From: Lenisia limosa
Taxonomy: Eukaryota > Protista > Breviatea
DNA: 64,000 nt
Direction: 5' to 3'
Assembly (NCBI GenBank): GCA_001655205.1
Contig: LPNZ01008880.1
Coordinates: forward strand, 12,775-76,774
Both the position numbers and the translations under genes were made by a program. The notes beneath the pieces were generated by a model, which was not told the origin of the DNA, did no database searches, and saw nothing but the letters and a program-made list of their open reading frames with translations. This document shows positions 1-11,397 of the stretch, piece by piece (within the stretch, counting starts at the first letter, position 1; each line of letters opens with the position of its first letter).

Positions 1-3000
1 TGAGTAGAAAAGCGAGATGCATCTGAATGGAGACTCTTTGCACCGTTTTCACAACACAGAACACTCCCCAACAACACCATGATTGTAACGGCCAACATCT
101 GTCGCGTCTGTCTTGACTGCTGGATGGACCTCTATCGGTGGGCCGCGTGTGAAATGTCCGACAATTTCCATCTCTGTCTTTGTCCATTGAAGTCATGTGA
201 ATTGTTGACTACTCCTGCCCCCATCTGACGGTTCCAGAATCCTTGGCAATCGGCTGAGTATTGACAAGCGAAAAATTACATTTTCCCTGATTGAGAAGGC
301 TCTGACCCTTGTAAGCCAACCCCGTCCACCTCCTGATGACGCCCTAGATGAACACACTGCTGAAAGTCGCGCCGCCACGGTTCATGGCCCAAGCAGCTCT
401 AAAAATCAACCTTCCAGAAGTAGGAAATACTTGGTATGACTGACCTTTAAGCGTGCCCTGCAACTCTTCGAAATTAGTCAGTTCAATTTCTGGAATCCTG
501 TGGTGCTCCACAGTAGTACTTACATTGACTGCGTGAGCAATAGGTTTCTTTCAAATATCATCTTTAGATTTGCTTCTCTTTAGATTGACCTCGCAGGTTT
601 CATTCCAATCCCCTACATTGGCTGATATTCCGATTATCAAAGAAATGCTTGACTGTCAAGACTCCAAAGATGTAAGTACACGATGCTACGAGGGTGACTA
701 ATTCCATCAGGGTGAGTCCAACTACCTTGTCAAGAAGCTGACCCATGCGAGCAGCGATGCCCAGAGAGGTTTGCCACGAGTTGTTGTCCTTTTGTGGCCA
801 CTATTACCTTTTGGAGAGTAGCTTCCTCATGTTTGTAACTCCACAGCGGTACAGCAGGATCGAGACGCACTATACACTCCTGACCTCAACCTTTTAGTTC
901 TATCATCACATGGGGGGTGAGAGGTGTTAGGTGTAAGCCTTGAATACTACACCAATGTTCAAAATTCGTGTTTTCCGCCAATGTTGTGTCTTGAAATCTG
1001 AATACTTATTGTTTAGTGGAAAGCTCCTCCCAGCCCTCATGAGCCGATATGCCTCGGATACCAGCCTTTCCGATGGTGAGTACCTAGCACTGCCGGTGTT
1101 CAGATAAGGAACACTCCTCTCAGACAAATAACTCCAGATACACTGCAAGGCGTAGTTAACTATTCAGGCCTCAGGTTCCACCAGGCTACTGAGTTGAAAC
1201 ACCACTCCCTTAAAGCAGGTGCGTGGCACTGACTACTGCTGGTCACTTATCTTAAGCCTCTATTTAAGTACTCTTCTCACCCCGCAGGCCAGTCGCACTT
1301 GACCCTCGCGTGGATGGAGCGTCTTTCGTCCAATACCGAATGGGCGTCCTCCCCCGGGGCCAACATCCACACCGAATCTCTCCAGTGTAGGCGTCAAAAC
1401 AACGACCAAATAAATTAATGTTCTTTTTGGGAACTGAAGTGAATAATATCTTTCTTCAATCCAACGTTTAACTTCGGCAGTGGCGGTGGAAATGGGTGAT
1501 TGGGACTCAGCCAGGAGTAACATCAAAAAGTGTGAGCCGACGGCACAAACGCAGCTCACGTCGGCCTTCGTCAGCATCAAGGGTAGGCATCGCATCTGCC
1601 ATCTAGATTTCACCTACCAGATGGCCTCATCCCGGATGCTATTCGGAACCTCTCAACGGCAACAAGCTTGATTGCACCTGAAATTTCAGCATGGTGGGTA
1701 TTGATATCAGGAACCGCGTCTAACCTGAACGTAGTGACGGCAACTTGAAGCATGCATACAGTTACTTGACACAGTTACACTGCGGCTCAGAGGTTTGTAC
1801 CCTTGTTTGGACGTTGACTGAAAATCAAGGTTGAAGACTACCTGCATACAATGGTGCAAACAGATCTCGCGACAACTGACAGGTTCAAGGCCCTACTCGC
1901 TCGTTGGGACTCTCAGCTCAAAATAACCAAGGTCGGAATATCTTTGCCGTCGCATGGTTACTCCAGGACTGGGATAAGATACATATATTACTATTTCGTA
2001 GTAGTATATTGAAAGTAACCCCCCCTCACAGCCCTCACCCTCACTGCGCACTACGATTCTAACCCAACGCTCCTCGCTCCTCTCTATTCAGCTCGACCAA
2101 CAAATGGAGACTGAAATGGAAAAAATGGTGGTCAACGCGGCTGTAGAGAACAAGCTGCTCATTTCCGAGGTTTGTGAGGCTGCTCTTGACCAGTTTAGGA
2201 GTTGATGAAAGAAGGGTCATATGGCGGGGCCTACGCTGCCGTAGTAGATGCTGACACCATCCGCTTCAATTACGCCAAAAAAACTGGCACACTTCAGCTG
2301 TACCAAAAGATGTAGGAAGGCTAATGAGAAGGCTGAGATAACGCTCAAGATGGTCAGAGAGGAAACTGCTGGATGTTGGAAGTGTCATTGCAACTGCAAG
2401 GATTCTCTTCAAATGTGGAATTGTTGACATGGTTTGTGAGCTTCGAGTCACTTCATTTTCCAGCCCTTGAAGATCATCAGTGACTGTCTGGAGAGGGACG
2501 ACTTCAAAACGGTAGGGGACTGTGGCACTGATCAAGCTCACGATTCAGGTCAAAGGAGAGAAGCCAGACCCGAAACTTATCAAGCTTCACGTTCTGAGAG
2601 TAAGAGCACCTTTGTACAGTTAACGTCCAGATTGAACATTCCCTCAACTACGACCAAGTGTCAGTCACAGGGTACTGCAGAACATTTACAGAGTCAATGA
2701 ACCACTACTCCGAAACCCACTTCACTGTTGCAAGGTGGGACTATGTTAACATCATGGTATACTCTCCATTTTCCTTTCTATTCAGCTTGTGTAATTAATA
2801 CAGGGCTTATGATGCGCTGCTTCAGGAGTTTGAAAGCCAGATCACGATAGCTGATGAAGCGATCAAAAAGGGCCATAGAGTTCCGTAAGTTGCTCTTTTC
2901 TCCTTATCACTTGCTCAGCAATATGCCTGACCTTGCAAAGCACTATAACCTTCTCTTGCCCCGCGCATTGGACGCCTACTGTAGGGTCCTTATCTGGTAC

Positions 3001-5704
3001 TTGACAGTTCAGTTGACACTCTTATCATGGGATGTGAGAATACGACACTTGCAGTTACGCGGTACTGTCACATCATGTTTGCCTCAAGGGAGGTCAAAGC
3101 TTCAGTCCGCAAGCACCAACCCGCCAACCTCTCGGTAAGCTGGTAGTGTTGCATTCATTTGGCCCCTTCAGCCCTATCTCAAGGCTGGCATGGAAAAGTG
3201 TTTCTCTTCAATCAGTGCGCTGCCAGCGGCTTATTTGATCATTGTCACTCAGCAGCTGGCGGAGTGGTTGGCTGTTTTCCTGTTAGTTATCCCCTAGTGC
3301 CACACAGGAGAAGAATGGTGCCATCATGGAGTTTGCCAAGCTTTTTGCACGGGTTTGGGGGTGCTGTTTTTGCACGGGTTTGGGGGTGCTGTTATTTGCA
3401 CTTTACTGTTTTCCTGTGACCGGATAGGTCTTCAGCAACTTCCCCCAAGTCTTTTGGCTGTTCTGTACAGCTGCTCTCAAAACCGAGATTTCAAAATCCG
3501 AATCACATCGACACGTGAAGCTTACTACCCTTGGTCATAAGGTACCTCGTTTTTCTTGAGGCTTATGTCTTTAGATTCGGGACTCCTTAGACACTGAGAC
3601 AAAGCAAAAGCTCTACATGAACTATGTTCAAACCGTGTTGCACTTCTTTAACGTCCGGGTATGCGGTGAGTTCGTCTTATTGTTCTAGAACTGTGTTCTC
3701 ACTGACATTGTGGAGATGCCAAGTCTCATTGAAGGTCCCCCTGTCTCAGCAAGGTTGGTGTTTTCAAGAAAGGGCAAAGAGAAGAGTGAACTGTTGAGGA
3801 GTTGTGGAGGGAGCAAAGCTGGCAGACTGTTTTGATGAACGCAGGGATTCGCGGGAGGCAACACACGTACAAGCGTATCGCCGGAAGAGGTACAGTAAAA
3901 TAGTAGCGCTGGGTACAGTGCCGCCCCTCAGAGTTTGCAATGCACACCATTGCTCATCTCACCGTTGTAGAAGTACCTCTCGCCAACGACGCCGAAGTTT
4001 GATGAGAAACTAGAGGCGTTTTCAAGCCATCACGTTGGAACATTCCAGGCTCAGACGTCAGAAAAAGTGTTCCACAGCAAAGCCCAGCCCATTGGTGTCA
4101 ACTTCCGTGCTTCTGACGGCGAAGAGTTCAGACTGCTCATTAAAGATGGAGACAACCTCAATAAGGNNNNNNNNNNNNNNNNNNNNNNNNNNNNNNNNNN
4201 NNNNNNNNNNNNNNNNNNNNNNNNNNNNNNNNNNNNNNNNNNNNNNNNNNNNNNNNNNNNNNNNNNNNNNNNNNNNNNNNNNNNNNNNNNNNNNNNNNNN
4301 NNNNNNNNNNNNNNNNNNNNNNNNGAATCATCTCAGGTCGGTCCCGTTATTGCTTCAGTGACAACAAGTGCGTTACGTTTCAGAGGGACATCCTGTGAAG
4401 TCTTGCCTCCGAATGTTCCAGGCCGTTCCATTGGACAGCTTATGCGGTATCATTGAAATGGTATGCCAACCGCCCCCCCCCCTGACGTTCAGGTTGATCA
4501 CTCCACTACGGTCAATGATGCCTACGATACTGTGACAAGGAAGCATGTCGTTGTATGTTTCTCTACCCCATTTATATTCCTCAGAGCTGATTTTTGAATC
4601 GCATTCTATCATACTTCTAAGTTTACTTTTTGCAGAGAGGCTCTTCTAACTCTCCACGAAACCAGTTCAGGCTCATCATGAGCGCTTTTGAGGACTCAAA
4701 GGCGCTAAAGGAGGTACAGATCAATTTCAAGAAGAAGAAAATGGAGGCATTTCAGGAGTTCTGCTCAAAGTGCCCGCCTTATTTTCGATTGCATTTCAGC
4801 GACAACGTTGGTCTTCTTCGTCACATACATATTTAATCCATCCTTTATTGACCCTTCAGTTTTTGGATGCGAGCAAATGGTTCACAGCGCGTCAGATGTA
4901 CATGAGAACCCTTGGTATGTGCATTTGTTGCTAACCCTCGTAGCAACCGTCAGTGTGGCCTGCTTGGCCGTTGGGCTTGGCGACAGACATCTGGATAACA
5001 TCATGATCCTACCGGATGGGAGGCTGCTGCTCATCGATTTCGACTGTATCTTCTGGAGGGGCAAGACATTACCCATCCCTGAAATCGTGAGTTGAGGCCT
5101 TTGATAATTGACACAATCTCACAATTTTGTCTTGTTTGGTCTCTTTTTGACATGCAAGGTTCCGTTGCGATTGACACGCAACATTATTGATGCTCTCGGC
5201 TGTATGGGTGTTGATGGCGGCTTTTCTGTGGTACGTTCTTGACCAAATTACTTTGCCCTTGAGAAAAGATAACGTATCAGACAATGGAGCGAATGCTCGA
5301 AACGCTCCGACTTGAACGAGACACCATTGTTCCCATTCTTCAGGTATTGCCAAGGGGATATCAACCCTGGTTGGGTTTCTTGGAGGTTTTGGGCTCGGTT
5401 TACATATCGTTTCCAAGAACTCACATTGCAGACTTTCCCCATGACCCCAAGAGATAATAAACAGTTCAAAATTATTCGCGAGTTCTTACGTGGGGGGTCC
5501 TTCAAATTACATTAATGCGCTTCTTTACTTTTCAATGTCTGGAATATCCATTTGACCAATAGAGTTTCTGTTTTACAATTCCAATTTGACCCCCTCCTAG
5601 AGAGCACAAAGTCCGTGGGTGAGGTTGTGAAAGAAGTCATTTCAGATGCACGAAACCCGGAGCTTCTGTCACAGATGTTCTCTGGCTGGTGTTCTCAGTC
5701 GTAA
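1..5704 (+). CDS. ATR: ATR/Mec1-type PIKK kinase, multi-exon, 5' part lies upstream of the window
   Basis: Spliced exons give FHSKAQPIGVNFRASDGEEFRLLIKDGDNLNK, AVPLDSLCGIIEM, GLGDRHLDNIM...[32 protein letters not shown] and a FATC-like end (VGEVVKEVISDARNPELLSQMFSGWCSQS*). The DFxC activation-loop motif is ATR/Mec1-type. Confidence 0.9.
3342..3391 (+). repeat. 25-bp tandem duplication spanning an ATR exon end and 5' splice donor
   Basis: TTTTTGCACGGGTTTGGGGGTGCTG occurs at 3342-3366 and 3367-3391. Confidence 0.9.
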
Positions 5705-6726
5705 TCCTGCATGGTAATGGTATTTCAATATGTTCATTCTTGTTGTGTTGTATCATATTATGTCTCTTTTCTTCTTTTCTAGTTTTTTTTAATGTAAATT
5801 ATTCAGGTAAACGGTTATTCGAGTGTGTGGTTACATTGTTGCAGCGCTGAGCAGTAATTGCTCTTCGCGCACGTGGGGGAAGGATGCAATTTCGAGGTGC
5901 AACACCGAAGTGGTCAAGTTTTCTGAAGTTGAATTGAAGTTGAACGCAGGGTGCCTCCACTCATTGGAAACCGAGTTTCGGAGAGTGGTGGATGCTGGAA
6001 ACTCTTGCCAGTTGTTTTTTTTTTTGTTTTGTTTGTTTTTCAGAAAAACAAGCAAAATTGGCGGTAGTAGGACATTGAGTCCCTTAGATTGACAGTTGAG
6101 TCATTGAGTAGTAAACAGTTTCAGTTATGTGTAGTTATGTAATTCAAATGTAATTAGGTTCTTATTAGTACAAATTAGGTCTAATTATTAAATACAACGA
6201 TTATGTCAAAAACAGTGGATGGTGGAAACCGGGTTTTGGAGAGTGGAGTACAAATTTTCATGAGTGGAAGCCCTTGGTTGAACGAGAAATTTGATTGAAA
6301 TACAACGGTGTTATTACAGTGTGATAATTATGCTCAAAATCCATTTCTGACAGACCCTCAACGAAATACAAAAAAAAGTTCTCCATCCAAAACAATAAAC
6401 TTCAAGTTTTGCCCTCTTTTGTGCCTCTTCTCTGCTTCTATGTCTTTTCTAGCTTTTCCCGTTTGTGCTAGTTAGTCGGGTGGTGTTAGTAGGTAAGTAG
6501 TTCTTGCAATTAAAGGTTTGTTCTAACCCACCTTTGCCTAATACCCCCCCCCCCNNNNNNNNNNNNNNNNNNNNNNNNNNNNNNNNNNNNNNNNNNNNNN
6601 NNNNNNNNNNNNNNNNNNNNNNNNNNNNNNNNNNNNNNNNNNNNNNNNNNNNNNNNNAGTAAGCTTCCCTCAGAAAGGTGGGAGTTTTGTAGTATTAGCG
6701 AATGTACAAATGTATTTCTGAATTCA

Positions 6727-7499
6727 ATTTGGATACTTATGGTTCAGTGAAGCGAAGAGAGCTAAGCAATGTTCTGACAAGAGTAACTCCCAGTGTATCG
6801 CCCAGGACAACACTGAGTTGACTGAGCGAGTACTCACTCTCGAGGCCCTTCTTGACCAGCAAAGATGTGAACATGCATTGCATGTGAGGCAAACCATTTC
6901 TTTTGGATGTGAAAAAACGGAATTATATTCGTTCATCGCGGTTTCATATATCTGAATCTCATGAATCACAGCTGATTGCGATGAAGAAGGAGCATAAACT
7001 TGAAGTGTTAAGTCTTGAAACGAGGCTGCGCACTACCATCTTCGAGGCCAACCAGAGAATTTTCGAGTCTGAACAGGTTGGAAGATTCAATGCTGTTGCT
7101 TCCAGTTGGACACTCTAAGACATGGAGTTTCTCCTATTTGAAATATCTTACAAGAAATACTTTTTTGAACAAAAGGCCATAATAAGAGGTAAAGGTACCC
7201 CCAAAGAAGCCCCATTTTCTCAGATTATTCTTGATTCTTGGAAGGGTGCAAGTTATCCACTGTGTGTTGGCTTCCTTACGGTCCGAATAAGACTGGTCAA
7301 ATATCGAGATTCATCGAGAAATTCAGTCTTTTTTGAGAACCGTAGGGAAGCCCTAGTTATTGGCGTTGGTGATCAACTCAATTTTGCCGTAGTTAATTCG
7401 CTAATTTACCAGATTGAAGAACTTTACGAGCAACTTGAAGAAAAGTACGAAGACGCCAAAAAGCGAATACTTGAGCTTGAGAGAAACGCAGTGACATAG
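6727..7499 (+). CDS. Hypothetical coiled-coil protein, multi-exon, start unresolved (gap upstream)
   Basis: GT-AG-bounded segments read NTELTERVLTLEALLDQQRCEHALH, ESQLIAMKKEHKLEVLSLETRLRTTIFEANQRIFESEQ, IEELYEQLEEKYEDAKKRILELERNAVT*, with heptad character. Confidence 0.45.
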
Positions 7500-7766
7500 A
7501 GGCCTCTTTCATTTGGTTTGCCCCACACATTTACTGACACAATAGTTCAAAGGAAAGCAGCTTGGAAAGCACCTTGATATACTCATAAGTGCAGTTCTTA
7601 ATCAGGTAAGAATGCTCTTGAATCTCACTTGTCAGATGAAGAATACAATACAATACATTACGAACAAGAATAATTGGAAACATAAGAACAAAAAAAAAGA
7701 ACAAGAAACAGTTAAAGAATTGTTTGTGAAGAAAGAAAAATACAGATGTCAAAACTCAAAAAAGTA

Positions 7767-8297
7767 TCACGTCCACGTGACCGGTTTTCGCTGAGTGGCT
7801 GTGATCCGAATATGGTCATCGCTTGGCTTCGCGGTACGGGTGATTGGTGTGGCGGGCGTCAAGGAGCCCATACTAGGAAAAGGCAGGCCAGGCTGCTCTT
7901 TGATGTCGAACGTCAAATGGCCCTGTGAGGTGGTAGCGTTGGCGTTGAGAGGCGTCGGAGATGAGCGTGAGGCGGGAAGTCGGCTCTGGGACGTCTGAAG
8001 GCTTCGAAAGTTCGGAATCTCGGCTTGGTCCGGGGTGCGGGCGAAAGTTGCACCAAGTGACGCGAAGGCCGAGGCGTTGCGCGCCATGGTTTTCGGGGAG
8101 GCAGATCGTGTGTCTCGTTTTGTGGTCAGAGCATCAGGGTTAAGAAGGGAGCTGGACGACGCCTGTGCCGGGCTTGAGAGCGGAAGGTTCATCCGGGACA
8201 ATTCACTCCGTCGGAGGTTTCGTCGGCTACTTTGTAGGCTCGGAGCGGCCTTGGAGAGGCTGCGCTCCCCTGTGTCGGGAGGCTGGAAGAGAATCAT
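7767..8297 (-). CDS. Intronless 176-aa Ser/Pro/Thr/Arg-rich hypothetical protein
   Basis: Uninterrupted GC-richer ORF with ATG, followed on the minus strand by a T-rich 3'-UTR-like tract like other genes here; no recognisable domain. Confidence 0.4.
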   Translation of the reverse strand: MILFQPPDTGERSLSKAAPSLQSSRRNLRRSELSRMNLPLSSPAQASSSSLLNPDALTTKRDTRSASPKTMARNASAFASLGATFARTPDQAEIPNFRSLQTSQSRLPASRSSPTPLNANATTSQGHLTFDIKEQPGLPFPSMGSLTPATPITRTAKPSDDHIRITATQRKPVTWT

Positions 8298-8638
8298 ACT
8301 TCAGTGAGCAAGATTTCTTAATCGATGGGGTTTATCACATTTAACAATCCAAAGTATATCACAGTGTGTAGTTCAATCATGCAGTATCAACACAGTGAAG
8401 TTGTTTTTGCCACCATGAACTAACTACAATATACAGAACTAAGTAGGTTAATTCCGCAACCCTGGCTTACCGGGGCAGTTATGAGTGGGGGAAGGTCAGC
8501 CACCGTTCCATTTGAAGGGGTTAGGGCAAGGTTGGCCTACATTATCAAAAGCCTGTATTGCAACTCACAAGAATCTCAATATGGCAACTAAGATTCGAGC
8601 AATAAATCAGGTTAAGTAATAGATAAACGCCTAGGAAG

Positions 8639-10254
8639 TCATATTTTCAGCCAACACACGAGTTCCTTGACATGGTCACACAACGGCGCGCCTTTCTTCT
8701 TGGCCTTCTTAGAATGACACACCATCAAACAACACAGGCAAATAATGAGGATGGCAACAAGACAACCAGCAATAATCTCAGAAGATGGAGCTGACATGTC
8801 CTCTGAACAGTAAAAGGCTGGCTTTTGCGAAAGAAAACTAAGTTGAATACCTTCATACAATTATTGCCCCAGTAAGTGTATACTCGAAGTTTATAACAAT
8901 CACCCAAAAGACAATAAATTCATAAATAGAAAACAAGACCCACTTATGAAAGCAAAAGGCTCGGAGGAAGATGAGTCATCAACTATGTCGGAAACTGAAG
9001 GTTTGGGAGAGCCTAGAAAATAAGAACGGATACCTCCTAACCGAAAACGTTTCAAAAGAGAAAAAAACAATCAAGAATACGTACATGGTAGAATTCCGCT
9101 TGAGTACTGACTTGCATAGCCACTAATACAGTCGCCACATGTCTCGTTGCCTGCAGTGGCCCGGAATACACTCCGGCACTCTAACAGGTCAGCTTTAGGG
9201 AGGCATGATGACCAAAGTAAATATTAAAAATCGAGTTTGATTGAAACTTGGCCGTCCAAACCTTGACAAAGAGAGTCCATTGTCAGACTACAGGATTCTT
9301 GAAGAAATAAACCAGAAGAACACTCTGAGCACTCTAAACTGTTACTCATTTTCATGGAACTGTAAACATCCAGTGATTGTTAAGTTAATATCAATATAGC
9401 ATTGTCATGTATCCCTAGCCTACCTGTGCAGTTGAGGGAATCATTGTTGGAAAAGTGGTTTGGAAGGCATGATGAGCACTTCCCTACTTCTCCTTCTTGA
9501 CGATTGGCCAGGCTACAATCTAGGGGTCAAAGACGACTGACAAAAGCAAAAACCACAACAAGCAATACAGGAAAACAGACCCATAGGAAACCATAGTGAA
9601 GAGCGACCTACTGTAATTGACGCAGCTTGACAGAATCAAATGATCGGATCTGCCGCATTCGGTGCACTCGTCAATGAGAAGACAGTCTTGGCACGGGCTG
9701 ATGCACGTTTCTGCTACATCAATCCTGCACAGAAAACTGACCCCACGCAAAAGGCTTTTTATCTCCTAATGAAAACTAACCACAAGTAGTAAGGGTGACA
9801 TTAGCAACTCCTTGACCAACAGGACACTCCTTTACACACGTCCCTTCATGGCTGGTGAAACCCGCAGCACATTCGGTACAGCAAGAGGGCCCAAGGCCTG
9901 AGCAACCCACTGCACATGCCGTGTCACAAGCAACTGTAATGGGTCAAAGAAGTGGAGGAGCGAAAGAGGGACTGTGTCTTCCCAAGTGGCCAAAAACTAT
10001 CAAACACAACTCATCATCGACCCTGGCTTTTAGGCAAAATTATTACTTCAACTACATTATTGCAATTTAATTCTGCTTACCACATCCAGATTCACCCTCA
10101 AAGAAGAGCTCAGGGCAGGCTAAATTAGGTAAAACAGCGATCTATTCACAATCGTTCCAAAGAGCAAACATTATTGTCAAAATTGATCTTTCATACCTCC
10201 CAAAACTCCACGAAGCAGCAGAAGAATGAGAGTGAGCAAAAACACTCGCCTCAT
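8639..10254 (-). CDS. Type I membrane protein with furin-like/TNFR-like Cys-rich extracellular repeats
   Basis: Signal peptide MRRVFLLTLILLLLRGVLG; CDTACAVGCSGLGPSCCTECAAGFTSHEGTCVKECPVG; ETCISPCQDCLLIDECTEC; ECSECSSGLFLQESCSLTMDSLCQ; TM segment IIAGCLVAILIICLCCLMVC followed by basic HSKKAKKK and a short tail. Confidence 0.75.
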
Positions 10255-10728
10255 TATGTACTAATATCCTTTCTGCGGTCTATAATATAAACAATAGGCA
10301 TATTGTGTTATATACGCAGAATTTAATCAAGATTTGCTCTTGAATAAAATATCACGAATCACACAGTACTATTATGCGTATATTTTCCTGATAAACACAC
10401 AATATAAAAAATACAACTGAATTACAACACTCCTTTTCTCCTTTTACACTCTCTGGCAGAAGATGATGATAATATGATGAGAATGAGAAAATTTCAGATT
10501 GAAGATCTGCGATCTGTGGCTACTACCTGCTACTACCATCTCTATAAACAACCAACTGACAACCAAATAACAACTAGCTAACAGTTGGATTTTGAAACCT
10601 TGAAACAAACTTCGGCCAACCACCAAGATTGCGATTGCATCGATTACATTTCAATTTGCATGTGCATTACAACTGATCAGGCACGCAAGCAAAACTCTGC
10701 CCAAGTGTCAAAACTATGTAGTTACATA

Positions 10729-11387
10729 CAGTGGCGGGCAAAAGTATAAAGACAAAGGGTTTTGGCCCTAACTTTTCGCCATTTTGGTCGCTTTAAATTT
10801 TTTTTTGCATCAATGAGCTCCTATGAGTCTCAGAACTCTTTTTGGGTGTTTTTCAAAAATATGTGGTTGCAACAGTCACAATTACTGAAAAAAAGTGAAA
10901 AACCCCAAAACGGCTTATGGGTTATATGTAAGATTTTTTGGGGGGAAATTTCTAATTTGTTAATTGATTGAACTGAACTGAAAATAATGGGTGAGGTAAA
11001 GAAATTTCACCCGAAATTAGAGGCCAAATAGAAATGTTGCACCGAAGAGGGTTCTCTAACTCCAAGATTAAAACCTGGATCACACAAGATCTTCCAACAG
11101 GATCTATTGCCACAATTGTCAGCAAGTTGAAGATTAAAGGAACTATTAAAGTTGAGAAGCGTTCTGGAAGGCCACATGCTTTGACGAAGTCCAACGAACT
11201 GCACCTCCTCCGATCGATTCAAGAATCTCTCAAGCGCCTTATGTCAGTCCATGCTGCTGTTGTATCCCAGAAACTTGGTATGACCCTCTCGCGTTATACT
11301 CTTCGTCGTGTTGCTCAGAAATATGGTTTATATTGTCGAAGGGTCAGAAAGAAGCCTAATTATCTTCTTGAATGGTTTTGTTCATAT
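10729..11387 (+). mobile_element. Tc1/mariner element, left half (copy A): long left TIR and degenerate transposase N-terminus, ends at a 10-N gap
   Basis: TA then CAGTGGCGGGCAAAAGT terminus; about 200-bp TIR matching the reverse complement of 19555-19766; paired-like HTH region with KRSGRP and RRVRKKP; 2-nt insertion just after the ATG relative to copy B. Confidence 0.9.
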
Positions 11388-11397
11388 NNNNNNNNNN

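Noticed and set aside
5831-6520. Short ORFs on both strands and a 23-nt imperfect direct repeat (about 5967 and 6223)
   Set aside because: Strand and gene structure are ambiguous, and the repeat is too short to interpret.
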